In this document: positions 10,183 through 19,893 of the stretch, piece after piece | Layout of the letters: each line of letters opens with the position of its first letter | How positions within the stretch are numbered: position 1 is the first letter of the stretch | NCBI GenBank assembly: GCA_963727775.1 | Contig: CAVSHB010000001.1 | Span: forward strand, 1,312,001 to 1,376,000 | Source of the DNA: an uncultured Nitrospiraceae bacterium | Lineage (GTDB): Bacteria; Nitrospirota; Thermodesulfovibrionia; Thermodesulfovibrionales; SM23-35 | Direction: 5' to 3' | DNA: 64,000 nt | Notes under the pieces: model-generated | What the model was told of the DNA's origin: nothing | Databases searched by the model: none | The model's input: the letters and a program-made list of their open reading frames with translations, nothing else | Made by a program: the position numbers and the translations under genes

Positions 10183-11690
10183 GAATGATAAAAATATTCG
10201 ATACAACACTGCGTGACGGTGAACAGTCACCGGGCGCATCCATGAATGTCCAGGAAAAGCTGATGGTTGCAAAACAGCTTGCAAAAATGGGTGTCGATAT
10301 TATCGAGGCAGGATTCGCTTACAGTTCCCCAGGTGATTTTGAGGCGGTAAAGACCATAGGGAATGAAGTGACCGGACCGATCATCTGCAGTCTTGCAAGG
10401 GCAAGGGAAGAAGATATAAAGAGCGCATGGGAAGCGCTGAAGGAGGCGCCGAAGAAACGGATACATACGTTCCACTCTACCTCTGATATCCACCTCAAAT
10501 ATCAGTTTCGGGTGAGCAGGGAAGAGGCATTAAAAAGGTCTGTCGAGATGGTGAAGCTTGCGAGGAGTTATGTAGACGATGTCGAGTTTTCACCCATGGA
10601 TGCGACCAGAACAGATATCAATTATCTATGTGAGGTGATCGAAGCTGTGATAGCGGCCGGTGCTTCAACGGTAAATATACCCGATACCGTCGGATACAGC
10701 ATACCTGTTGAATTCGGAACAATGATAAAGACTATACACGAGAGGGTCAAGAATATTAACAACGCAATAATCTCTGTTCACTGCCACAACGACCTCGGGC
10801 TTTCGACTGCAAATTCCCTGTCAGCGGTGTTGAACGGCGCGGGGCAGATTGAGTGCACGATAAACGGCATCGGAGAACGTGCCGGCAACTGTTCAATGGA
10901 AGAGGTTGTTATGGCGTTAAGGACAAGACGCGACCTTTTCGATGCGGATACCAAACTGCATACAGAGGAAATCATGCGGTCCAGCAGGCTCGTGACCAAG
11001 ATAACCGGTATTTCCGTGCAACCGAATAAAGCGATTGTGGGTGCGAATGCGTTTGCGCATGAATCCGGCATCCATCAGGACGGCCTACTGAAAGAAAAGT
11101 CTACATATGAGATTATCCGGCCTGAAAGTATAGGCCTTTATTCTACGAAGCTTGTCCTCGGCAAGCACTCCGGAAGGCATGCGTTTAAGACAAGATTGAA
11201 AGATCTCGGTTACATCATTGGAGACGAGGAACTTAATAGGGCTTTCGAGCGGTTTAAAAAACTTGCGGACCAGAAAAAAGACATATTCGATGAAGATATT
11301 GAGGCTTTGGTTTCCGAAGGTGTTACAAAAGTGCCTGAGGTTTACAGTTTGATTGATTTGTATATTGTGGGAGGAGTCAACCAAAAGCCGACAGCGGCGA
11401 TCAAACTTAAAGTCGGTGAAAATGTCATAGACAAGCTGGAACACGGTGACGGGCCTGTTGACGCAACATATAAGGCCATTGAAGCGGCAACATTTACAAA
11501 GAGCAAACTGCTGAAATTTGAAGTTAAGAGCATAACAGGCGGTACGGACGCGCTCGGCGAAGTAGTGGTCTCGCTTGAAGAAGATGACAGGACTGCAAGG
11601 GGGCATGGCGCTGATACTGATATTATTGTGGCCGCTGCCAAGGCCTATATTAACGCGCTGAATAAACTTGAGGCGAGGAAGAAACAGTAA
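10179..11690 (+). CDS. leuA: 2-isopropylmalate synthase
   Basis: DTTLRDGEQ, HCHNDLGL, GIGERAGN, HESGIHQDG, LGKHSGRH and a C-terminal regulatory domain. Confidence 0.96.
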   Translation: MRMIKIFDTTLRDGEQSPGASMNVQEKLMVAKQLAKMGVDIIEAGFAYSSPGDFEAVKTIGNEVTGPIICSLARAREEDIKSAWEALKEAPKKRIHTFHSTSDIHLKYQFRVSREEALKRSVEMVKLARSYVDDVEFSPMDATRTDINYLCEVIEAVIAAGASTVNIPDTVGYSIPVEFGTMIKTIHERVKNINNAIISVHCHNDLGLSTANSLSAVLNGAGQIECTINGIGERAGNCSMEEVVMALRTRRDLFDADTKLHTEEIMRSSRLVTKITGISVQPNKAIVGANAFAHESGIHQDGLLKEKSTYEIIRPESIGLYSTKLVLGKHSGRHAFKTRLKDLGYIIGDEELNRAFERFKKLADQKKDIFDEDIEALVSEGVTKVPEVYSLIDLYIVGGVNQKPTAAIKLKVGENVIDKLEHGDGPVDATYKAIEAATFTKSKLLKFEVKSITGGTDALGEVVVSLEEDDRTARGHGADTDIIVAAAKAYINALNKLEARKKQ

Positions 11691-11696
11691 GCGCGA

Positions 11697-12494
11697 CTAT
11701 CTTTTTATAGAGGCTCCCCATTGCAGAAGGTTGTCTGCAATAAAATTGATGACCTTTTTATGGTCATCTTTACCTGTACCCTGGACCATAAACGGTTTGC
11801 CGAAAACCATATGAATCGATTTATCGCGGCTGATAGGTCCTATTTCCTTAAGGTATTTGCCGTTTCCCCAATAATCCGTCTTGAGAGCTACGGGTAAAAC
11901 CATTACACCTGCAGCTTTGGCAAGCTTGATGCCTAAGGAATTAAATTCTTCAGGAACAAGATCTTTGGTTCGCGTACTCTGAGGAAAAATGACGACGGAA
12001 ATTCCCTTATCCAAAAACTCTTTTCCCCTTACCATGACTGTTTGAAAATCTTCGCGTGGGTTCTTTCTGTTAACTAGTATGGGATTCCGGGCACCCATGA
12101 CGGGCCCGAACAAAGGATGCCTGACCAAGCTTTCCTTGACTACAAAAGTAACTTCCATTACGGGTGCGATTATGCCGGGAAATACCATTGTTTCCAGGGT
12201 ACTCATGTGGTTGCTGATAAAAACGACAGGCTTTCGACAAGAACGCAAGTTATCCAACCCTTCGAGGTGAAAACGCCCGCCGCAGCCCTCTATTAATTTA
12301 AATACCCTATAAGAGGACTCTGCCCAGGCTTTTCTGTCGTACAAGCCTTTGAGTGCTATGGAGCGCGATCTGAGGACCTCTCTTAGGTATTTTCCTGCAA
12401 AATACCATCGGGTATTCAGGGACAGCCTATCCCCGAAGAACCGGTGGCAATCCACGGGAGTATCATAGGATGAACCGGCAAAAAATGATTCCAC
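11697..12494 (-). CDS. Lysophospholipid acyltransferase (PlsC family)
   Basis: SNHMSTLE and IFPQSTRT motifs. Confidence 0.85.
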   Translation of the reverse strand: MESFFAGSSYDTPVDCHRFFGDRLSLNTRWYFAGKYLREVLRSRSIALKGLYDRKAWAESSYRVFKLIEGCGGRFHLEGLDNLRSCRKPVVFISNHMSTLETMVFPGIIAPVMEVTFVVKESLVRHPLFGPVMGARNPILVNRKNPREDFQTVMVRGKEFLDKGISVVIFPQSTRTKDLVPEEFNSLGIKLAKAAGVMVLPVALKTDYWGNGKYLKEIGPISRDKSIHMVFGKPFMVQGTGKDDHKKVINFIADNLLQWGASIKR

Positions 12495-12557
12495 AGCTGC
12501 AGTCTCCTTTGCTTAACGTACTGGAAGTACACGCTTATCTAAAGCGTATAACACAAA

Positions 12558-12791
12558 TCAATCAAGTATCTCCTTCACGCGTCCTACTTCTCCACTTTTC
12601 AGACGGACTTTAATGCCATGTGGATGTGAGGATGAATTGGTTAAGATATCATTAACAATTCCTTCTGTTAATTTCCCGGATCGTTGGTCTTTCTTCAAAA
12701 CGATTGAAACACGCAAGCCCGGTTTTACATCCGACCGATTAGTCCCATCCATTTTTCTCATATCAGAGTTATTCCTTGTTGATTTTATCAA
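12558..12791 (-). CDS. YwbE family (DUF2196) protein
   Basis: VLKKDQRSGKLTEG and HPHGIKVRL..G.VGRV. The true start may be the internal Met of MDGTNR. Confidence 0.88.
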   Translation of the reverse strand: MIKSTRNNSDMRKMDGTNRSDVKPGLRVSIVLKKDQRSGKLTEGIVNDILTNSSSHPHGIKVRLKSGEVGRVKEILD

Positions 12792-12848
12792 GATTTTCCT
12801 TATTAAAGAAAAATGCCTCTTGAAAAACCGATTAGTTAAAAAGTTGAA

Positions 12849-13274
12849 TTATATTTTTGACTCCGCGATATCTCTCAGTAATCCCTGGACCTTTTCCTTT
12901 ATCTCATCTCTGGCCCGTCTGAAATCTTTCATTATATGCTCTTCAGTTCCGAATGTCCCAACAGGGTCTTTAATGGGCCAATGAATGCGTTTAATCCCCG
13001 GGGGTGTCCTCGGACAGTATTCCTCAGCATTTGTGCACAGAGTGATGATGATATCCATCTGCTGAAGTAATTTCTGATCAATCTCCTTGGATTTCTGTCT
13101 GAAAATATCAATGCCGATTTCACTCATGACAGAAATAGCTCTTATGTGAACACCGGCTGCCATGAGGCCCGCACTGTATACTTCAACCAGCCCTTTCCCG
13201 TATTCTCTGGCAAATCCTTCTGCCATCTGGCTTCTGCAGGAGTTTGCAGTACACAAAAACATAATTTTCTTCAT
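12849..13274 (-). CDS. arsC: Arsenate reductase, LMW-PTP family
   Basis: FLCTANSCRSQMAEG P-loop, additional Cys residues (TLC, YCP) and HWPIKDP. Confidence 0.88.
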   Translation of the reverse strand: MKKIMFLCTANSCRSQMAEGFAREYGKGLVEVYSAGLMAAGVHIRAISVMSEIGIDIFRQKSKEIDQKLLQQMDIIITLCTNAEEYCPRTPPGIKRIHWPIKDPVGTFGTEEHIMKDFRRARDEIKEKVQGLLRDIAESKI

Positions 13275-13453
13275 AGATACACTCGATATTTATATTTTAA
13301 TAATTTAAATAAAAAAGGTATTTCTCGTAAATATGAGTTCTTAGTATACCTTAAACATAAAAAACGGTTAAATAACATTTTGTCACATTAGTGAATAAAA
13401 ACTTGAATAAATAAGTATATTTTATTATTATTAAAGAAAAATATGGAGGACAT

Positions 13454-13675
13454 ATGTTGAAGGAAGACGTGGAAAAGACACTCGAAAAGATAAGGTCCGG
13501 TCTTCAGAGAGACGGCGGAGATATAGAGCTCGTTGAGATAAAGGATACGGCAGTGTACGTAAAACTTAAAGGCGCTTGCGGCTCATGTCCAATGTCAACG
13601 CTGACATTGAAGAATTGGGTCGAGGCAACGCTCAAAAGAGAGATACCCGAAATAAGTTCTGTGCAGGCTGTTTAA
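13454..13675 (+). CDS. NifU/Nfu-type Fe-S cluster carrier
   Basis: LQRDGGDIEL and GACGSCP motifs. Confidence 0.9.
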   Translation: MLKEDVEKTLEKIRSGLQRDGGDIELVEIKDTAVYVKLKGACGSCPMSTLTLKNWVEATLKREIPEISSVQAV

Positions 13676-13737
13676 ATAATTATTTGGGGGTTGGAGAACA
13701 AAAATTGTTTTTAAACCTCGAATTATACAGTAGAAAT

Positions 13738-14883
13738 GTGTTGAAATATGTTGTTCTTCTATTGCTCTTTTTGTCTCCTTCGTTTTTAGCGGCTTCCGAT
13801 AAGGTCAAAGTAAAGGATATTCATCACTGGTCATCTCCGGATTACACAAGAATTGTGATTGATATGACAGGGCCTGCTGAGTTTTCAAAGAACCGTTTGT
13901 CAAACCCCGACAGGCTTTATTTTGATCTGAAGAATACCAGTATAGTGACGGAGATAAAGACCACTCTGCCCGTGGGAGACGGCATATTGAAGACGGTAAG
14001 AGCATCTCAGTTTAACCCTGATACGGTGCGGGTGGTACTTGATATCGAAGAGATTACAGATTATAACTCCTTTGTGCTTGAAGATCCTGCGCGGCTTGTG
14101 ATTGATTTATATGGAAAAGGCAAACAGATCGACAGATCGGCCACGAATATTTCGAAAAGAAGGATTGTCATTGATGCCGGGCATGGGGGCCACGATCCCG
14201 GAGCCATAGGGCCAAACAAACTCTACGAAAAAGACGTGGTGCTTGATATCGCGCTGAAGGTCAAAAAAATCCTCAAGGCAGATCCGATGTATGAAGTTTT
14301 TTTAACGAGGGAGAAAGATATATTCATACCTCTTGAAGAGAGAACGGCTATCGCAAACAGAAAGAATGCGGACCTCTTCGTATCAATTCATGCAAATGCA
14401 AGTCCGGGTATAAAGGCCAGAGGAGTCGAAACATACCTGCTTAACTGGACGGATGACGAGGAGGCGATGAAAGTCGCGGCAAGGGAGAACAGGATATCCT
14501 TGAAGAAAATGAAGGCGATGAACAGGCAGATGGACATTGTGGAGGTAATCAAGAGCGATCTCATGAGGGAAAACAAAAGGGACGAATCACTGAAGCTTGC
14601 CAATTATGTCCAGAGGTCTATGATATCAACCCTGGAGAATAACCATAACGTGCATGACCTCGGCGTGAAGCAGGCCCTTTTTTATGTGCTTTTTGGCGCA
14701 AAAATGCCGTCGGTGCTCGCGGAAGTCTCTTTTATCAGTAACCCGGATGAAGAAAAACTTTTGTCCTGTGATTCATACAGGATGGAAATAGCGAGGGCCA
14801 TCGCAGACGGCGTCACTACCTATTTCACTTCTACCCCGGCAGTCCAGAAGGTTGTAAGATTAAACAGCAGCCGACAAAGGTAA
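13738..14883 (+). CDS. N-acetylmuramoyl-L-alanine amidase with AMIN domains (AmiC-like)
   Basis: Signal peptide from GTG 13738, AMIN-like region, IDAGHGGHDPGA, SIHANA and LAEVSFISN. Confidence 0.92.
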   Translation: MLKYVVLLLLFLSPSFLAASDKVKVKDIHHWSSPDYTRIVIDMTGPAEFSKNRLSNPDRLYFDLKNTSIVTEIKTTLPVGDGILKTVRASQFNPDTVRVVLDIEEITDYNSFVLEDPARLVIDLYGKGKQIDRSATNISKRRIVIDAGHGGHDPGAIGPNKLYEKDVVLDIALKVKKILKADPMYEVFLTREKDIFIPLEERTAIANRKNADLFVSIHANASPGIKARGVETYLLNWTDDEEAMKVAARENRISLKKMKAMNRQMDIVEVIKSDLMRENKRDESLKLANYVQRSMISTLENNHNVHDLGVKQALFYVLFGAKMPSVLAEVSFISNPDEEKLLSCDSYRMEIARAIADGVTTYFTSTPAVQKVVRLNSSRQR

Positions 14884-14887
14884 GCTT

Positions 14888-15505
14888 TTGTTACCTGAGC
14901 TGAGGATTCTCTCATACATAATATTCATCATTTGTCTGTTTTTGATTAAAGACCTCTATGTTTATCTGTTCATAGGCATTGCGATATCGATGCTTCTGCT
15001 ATTTATTCCCATCAGATATGTAAAGAGCGGCTGGATCCCGATAAGCCTTTTTCTGGTTTTCACTTTTCTCGGCAATGTATTATTCCAGCATGGGAAAATA
15101 CTCTACTACGCAGGCCCACTGGTTATTACTCAGGAAGGGCTCAATGCGGCGTCGATTAGAACGCTCCGGGTATTTTTTATGATAGCCGGTGCAAAGATAT
15201 TGACTGCTACCACAAAGGTTGAATTGCTTGTCGGTGCTCTCGGTAAAATGTTAAATCCGTTGGAGCGGTTGGGTATACCTGTCCGCGAATTCTTCTCAAT
15301 GATGGGGTTGACCATGAAAACCCTACCAAAGCTTAAGGAGCATATTACCGTTGCATATAAAGAGAAGGTAAGGGACGGGAATATAACAGGCTTCTGGAAC
15401 AGGGCCAAGGTGATTTCTCTGTTCCTGGTGCCGTTATTTGTAAAAAGCATGCAATCTCCGGAGGTATTCTTTGAAGATGAATCAGACAGTGAGAAGAACG
15501 ATTGA
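14888..15505 (+). CDS. ECF transporter transmembrane component T (CbiQ/EcfT-like)
   Basis: Hydrophobic helices, LTATT..E.L..AL and PLERLGIPV. No partner ECF genes adjacent. Confidence 0.7.
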   Translation: MLPELRILSYIIFIICLFLIKDLYVYLFIGIAISMLLLFIPIRYVKSGWIPISLFLVFTFLGNVLFQHGKILYYAGPLVITQEGLNAASIRTLRVFFMIAGAKILTATTKVELLVGALGKMLNPLERLGIPVREFFSMMGLTMKTLPKLKEHITVAYKEKVRDGNITGFWNRAKVISLFLVPLFVKSMQSPEVFFEDESDSEKND

Positions 15506-17078
15506 TATATTGATCAAAGGCAGCCTGATCTTTGATGGCGCCGGTTCGGAGCCTTTTGAAGCGGACATAGGTATCGCGGGCGATGCAATTGCATTTATTG
15601 ACAAAAAGAAAAAATCTTGTCATGCAAAAAAAGTCATTGAGGCCGAAGGACTGGCAGTGGCGCCCGGATTTATAGATACCCATGCGCACTCCGAGTTTAC
15701 GTTGTTGGCCGACCCGCGCGCGGAAGGTAAAATATGTCAGGGTATAACAACTGAAATAAACGGAAACTGCGGCCTTTCCGCCGGACCGCTGTTCGGTAAG
15801 GCATTGAAGCAAAGGGAAGCGGACCTCAGGGAATTGGGCATACGGGAACGATGGGCGACCTTCAAGGAATATTTTGGAATACTTGAAGGCAGAGGAATCT
15901 CCCTTAATTTTGCCACGTTGGCCGGACATGGAAACATAAGGGCGTGTGTGGCGGGATATGACGACAGAAAGTTAACAGCTCCGGACATTAAGGATGCATG
16001 CGCTTTGCTAAGGAAGTCGATAGCAGAAGGCGCAATAGGACTTTCTACGGGATTGATATACCCGCCGGGCGTATATTCGGATACCGAAGAACTCATTGCT
16101 CTGGCAAAATGCTGCAACCGGCATATCTATACATCCCACATGAGGAGTGAAGGCGACAGGTTGATACAATCGGTTGAAGAGATACTAAGGATCGCCAAAG
16201 GAGCGGGGATTAAGGTCCATATCTCACACGTAAAGACAAGCGGCGAAAGAAACTGGCATAAGATAAATAACGTGATACAATTAATAAAAGAAGCGCAAGA
16301 GGAAGGAACCAATATCACCTGTGACAGGTATCCCTATACCGCCGCCTCTACCGACCTCGATACGGTATTACCGAATTGGGCATATGAAGGCGGTTCTGAA
16401 GAAGAGCTGCGGAGGTTAAGGGACCCTGCATTACAGGAGAAGTTAAGAAAGCAAGTGCTGTCCGAATATCCCGAAATGAAATACTGGGAAAGAATAACAA
16501 TATCATCAGTGGTCTCTGAGCAATACCGATGGATGGAGGGAAAGAACATGGCTTCGATAGCACAACGCGAAAAATCTGAGCCGGTAGACATCCTTTTCAA
16601 GGTGCTGACCGAAGAAAGACTCAGGGTAGGCGCGATATTTTTGTCGATGAATGAGGAGAATCTATCAAGATTTCTTTCGTTGCCCAACCTTATGATAGGG
16701 ACCGACAGCTCTGCGCGTTCTTCCGATGGTCCGACATTCAAAGGCAAGCCCCATCCGAGAGGATTTGGGAGTTTCCCGAGGTTCCTGGGCAAATATGTGA
16801 GAGACAATTCATTAATGGATATGAGCAAAGCGGTGCATAAAATAACGATGCTTCCAGCCAGGACATTCGGCATAAAGAAAAGAGGAGTTTTAAGGAAAGG
16901 AGTTTTTGCGGATATCGTTGTCTTTGACCATAAAAAAATAATCGATAGAGCGACATTCGATGATCCGTTTTTAAAGCCCGAAGGTATTCACTATGTTATA
17001 GTCAATGGACTGCCCGCTGTGTGGGAAGGTGAAATGACAGGTAACCGGTCCGGCAGAATACTCAGACATGGGAAATAA
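15471..17078 (+). CDS. N-acyl-D-amino-acid deacylase (D-aminoacylase)
   Basis: APGFIDTHAHS, GNCG, GLSTGLIYPPG, SHMRSE and HPRGFGSFPR motifs. Confidence 0.92.
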   Translation: MKMNQTVRRTIDILIKGSLIFDGAGSEPFEADIGIAGDAIAFIDKKKKSCHAKKVIEAEGLAVAPGFIDTHAHSEFTLLADPRAEGKICQGITTEINGNCGLSAGPLFGKALKQREADLRELGIRERWATFKEYFGILEGRGISLNFATLAGHGNIRACVAGYDDRKLTAPDIKDACALLRKSIAEGAIGLSTGLIYPPGVYSDTEELIALAKCCNRHIYTSHMRSEGDRLIQSVEEILRIAKGAGIKVHISHVKTSGERNWHKINNVIQLIKEAQEEGTNITCDRYPYTAASTDLDTVLPNWAYEGGSEEELRRLRDPALQEKLRKQVLSEYPEMKYWERITISSVVSEQYRWMEGKNMASIAQREKSEPVDILFKVLTEERLRVGAIFLSMNEENLSRFLSLPNLMIGTDSSARSSDGPTFKGKPHPRGFGSFPRFLGKYVRDNSLMDMSKAVHKITMLPARTFGIKKRGVLRKGVFADIVVFDHKKIIDRATFDDPFLKPEGIHYVIVNGLPAVWEGEMTGNRSGRILRHGK

Positions 17079-17736
17079 GCCTGTCATCGGAATAACTGCG
17101 GATTCAGATGAAAAATATTTAAGAGTGAAGCACGGCTATTGCGAAGCGGTTGCGGAAGCGGGCGGGATCCCTGTGTTGTTGCCGCATGTTGATAATCCGA
17201 AAGATTACGCAGAAATCATTAATGCGCTCCTTATCTCCGGAGGGGATGACCTCGATCCGTCGTATTATAATGAAGAACAATTGCTTCAGGTAAAACCTGT
17301 ATCGAGAAAACGGAGCGACTTTGAGTTCTCCTTACTCAGTGAAATGATTGGCCTTAAAAAACCGGTATTCGGCATCTGTTACGGCATGCAGCTTATAAAT
17401 GTATTCTTCGGCGGGACGTTATACCAGGATATCGGAACACAGCTTTCAGTGGAAACCGATCATAAAAAGGATTATCATTTGATAGTGATAACAAAAAACA
17501 GGTTTTTGAAAGAAGACCGGTTTTATGTGAACAGCACACATCATCAGGCTATAAAAAAGCTTGGTAACGGCCTTTTGCCTGTTGCATATTCTCAGGACGG
17601 GCTGATTGAAGCGTTTTCCAGGGAAGATTATAATTTTCTGATCGGTGTTCAGTGGCATCCGGAACGGCTGGCCGGCGAAGAGCTTTCCTTGAATCTTTTT
17701 AAATCTTTTATAGAAGTATCATGTGACGGAAAATAG
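17068..17736 (+). CDS. Peptidase C26 / gamma-glutamyl-gamma-aminobutyrate hydrolase family
   Basis: SGGDD, GICYGMQ, NSTHHQ and GVQWHPE (Cys-His-Glu triad). Confidence 0.9.
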   Translation: MGNKPVIGITADSDEKYLRVKHGYCEAVAEAGGIPVLLPHVDNPKDYAEIINALLISGGDDLDPSYYNEEQLLQVKPVSRKRSDFEFSLLSEMIGLKKPVFGICYGMQLINVFFGGTLYQDIGTQLSVETDHKKDYHLIVITKNRFLKEDRFYVNSTHHQAIKKLGNGLLPVAYSQDGLIEAFSREDYNFLIGVQWHPERLAGEELSLNLFKSFIEVSCDGK

Positions 17737-18775
17737 ATTCTATACGGCAATATCAATATTTTTAGTTCTTCTTCTGGGGTATTTGACTTATCAGATATTC
17801 CAGCCTTTTTTAAATTCGATCGCATGGGCGATTGTATTTGCGATCGTTTTCTATCCTGTATATATATTTTTACTGAAGCTTTTGAAAGTTAAAGCTGTAG
17901 CATCGACGGTGACGGTGCTCATAGTTATATTGATAATCCTGGGTCCGTTCACATATCTCTCATTCAGTCTTATTGATGAAATAGGGAATTCTGTGGACAG
18001 TATTAATAAGGGAGCGCTCGATTCCGTAAAGTCTTTTTTTACTTACACAAGGATAACGAAACTTGTTTATAAGCTGCAATCACATTTGGGGATAGAAGGT
18101 ATTGTCGGCAGAGAAGCAATCGCCGAAAATATCAAAATTGTCGGTAAGGCTGTCTCGGACAGGCTGTCTTCGGGTCTTACGAATATAGCCGGCATGCTTA
18201 TAGATTTTATATTTATGCTCCTTGCCGTATTTTTCTTCTTTAAGGACGGGCCTAATCTCCTCTCAAGGATAAGGGAATACCTCCCTTTCTCTGAAGAAAA
18301 CAAGAACAGGCTGATATTAAGGATAAAAGATATGGTCATATCAACCGTCTATGGAGGAGTTGTCATAGCCATTATTCAGGGAGTATTGGGTGGAATCGCA
18401 TTTTACTTCCTCGGGATTAAATCTCCGGTACTGTGGGGAAGTGCGATGAGTATTATGTCTTTTCTTCCCCTGCTCGGCACCTTTTCCATATGGGGGCCCG
18501 CTGCAGGCTATCTTTTTGCCCAGGGCAGTTTGGTCAAGGGAGTTGTCCTGCTTCTATACGGTGTTTTCGTTATCAGCATGATTGACAATATTTTAAGGCC
18601 GATAATCATAAGCGGCAGGACAAAGATGCCTGCGCTCGTTGTCTTTTTCAGTGTTCTCGGCGGAATAAAGCTTTTCGGAGTAGTAGGATTTATTATGGGT
18701 CCGTTGGTGACGGCCCTTTTTGTTTCGGTATTTGAAATGTTTAAACATACAGAAGGAGGACAAAATGCTCAGTAG
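17723..18775 (+). CDS. AI-2E family transporter
   Basis: Multi-pass membrane protein with FFFFKDG, IDNILRP and GFIMGP. Confidence 0.9.
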   Translation: MTENRFYTAISIFLVLLLGYLTYQIFQPFLNSIAWAIVFAIVFYPVYIFLLKLLKVKAVASTVTVLIVILIILGPFTYLSFSLIDEIGNSVDSINKGALDSVKSFFTYTRITKLVYKLQSHLGIEGIVGREAIAENIKIVGKAVSDRLSSGLTNIAGMLIDFIFMLLAVFFFFKDGPNLLSRIREYLPFSEENKNRLILRIKDMVISTVYGGVVIAIIQGVLGGIAFYFLGIKSPVLWGSAMSIMSFLPLLGTFSIWGPAAGYLFAQGSLVKGVVLLLYGVFVISMIDNILRPIIISGRTKMPALVVFFSVLGGIKLFGVVGFIMGPLVTALFVSVFEMFKHTEGGQNAQ

Positions 18776-19886
18776 AGAAGAACTTAAGGAAATTGCAAAG
18801 ATGCGGGGTGACGGCGCTTTTTTTGTAAGCATGTATTTGAACGTGAATCCGATGACGAACATAAAAGACAATTATGTGATACACGTAAAGAACATGCTTA
18901 AAGAGACGATAGAAACTCTGGACAAAGCGGTAGTGAAAAAAGTAAAAGACGATCTTGAAAAGATTGAATCGTATATCCTGGCCAATAAGAGGATATTTAA
19001 AAAAGGGCTTGCTATCCTGAGTTCACAGGAGAGAAAATTCTGGAAAGAATTTCATGTTGCAGTCCCGCTGAAGAATGAGATCACAGTAGACAACACGCCG
19101 TATATAAAGCCTTTGATCGATATCCTCGATAATTATCAAAGGTATGCCATACTCCTTGTCGGAAAAGAATCTGCGCGCCTGTTTCTCGTCCATCTCGGCG
19201 AGATAGAAGAATACTCCGAAGTCCATTCTGCCGATGTTCCGGGCAAACACAAAAAGGGCGGCTGGTTCTCGCTTTCAGAAAAGAGCTATGAGAGGCATAC
19301 CGATTATCATGTCGGACTCCATCTGAAAGACGTGCTCAAAGAGCTGGAGACCCTCCTCTCCGGCGAATATGTCGGTAGACTGATAATCGGCGGATCGGAG
19401 GAAACGGTTACAAAGGTAAAGTCCATGCTCCCCCAAACGACGGCTGATAAGATTATCGGCACCTTCCAGGCAGAGATGTTTGCAAACAGCAAAGAAATCC
19501 TTGAAAAGGTTGGGCCTGTCCTCCGCGCTTCTGAAGAAAAGAAAGAGGCGGAGACCATTGATGACTTGCTTACAAGGGCCATGAAGAATGAGAACGCCGT
19601 CATAGGCATAGAGAATGTGCTGAACGCGCTGCAGGAAGGCCGCATTATGAAGCTCATTTTTCTGAAGGATTATAAACAGTCCGGTCTATCATGCAAAACA
19701 TGCGAAAGCCTTACTATTCAGGACATATCATCCTGCCCTTATTGTAAAGGTGAAGTACAGAAGGCCAATTATATCGTCGACATGGTTGCGCAAAAGGCGG
19801 TCGAACAGGGGGCTATGGTTGAGGTAGCGGCCGCGAACAAAAAACTGCAGGATGCGGGCGGCATCGGAGCGTTTTTGAGGTTTTAA
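18765..19886 (+). CDS. Bacterial aeRF1/Vms1-like release-factor homologue (baeRF10-like)
   Basis: eRF1-like architecture, VPGKHKKGGW loop, Zn ribbon CKTC/CPYC and C-terminal GGIGAFLRF. RBS AGGAGG before ATG 18765. Confidence 0.85.
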   Translation: MLSREELKEIAKMRGDGAFFVSMYLNVNPMTNIKDNYVIHVKNMLKETIETLDKAVVKKVKDDLEKIESYILANKRIFKKGLAILSSQERKFWKEFHVAVPLKNEITVDNTPYIKPLIDILDNYQRYAILLVGKESARLFLVHLGEIEEYSEVHSADVPGKHKKGGWFSLSEKSYERHTDYHVGLHLKDVLKELETLLSGEYVGRLIIGGSEETVTKVKSMLPQTTADKIIGTFQAEMFANSKEILEKVGPVLRASEEKKEAETIDDLLTRAMKNENAVIGIENVLNALQEGRIMKLIFLKDYKQSGLSCKTCESLTIQDISSCPYCKGEVQKANYIVDMVAQKAVEQGAMVEVAAANKKLQDAGGIGAFLRF

Positions 19887-19893
19887 GAAATAA

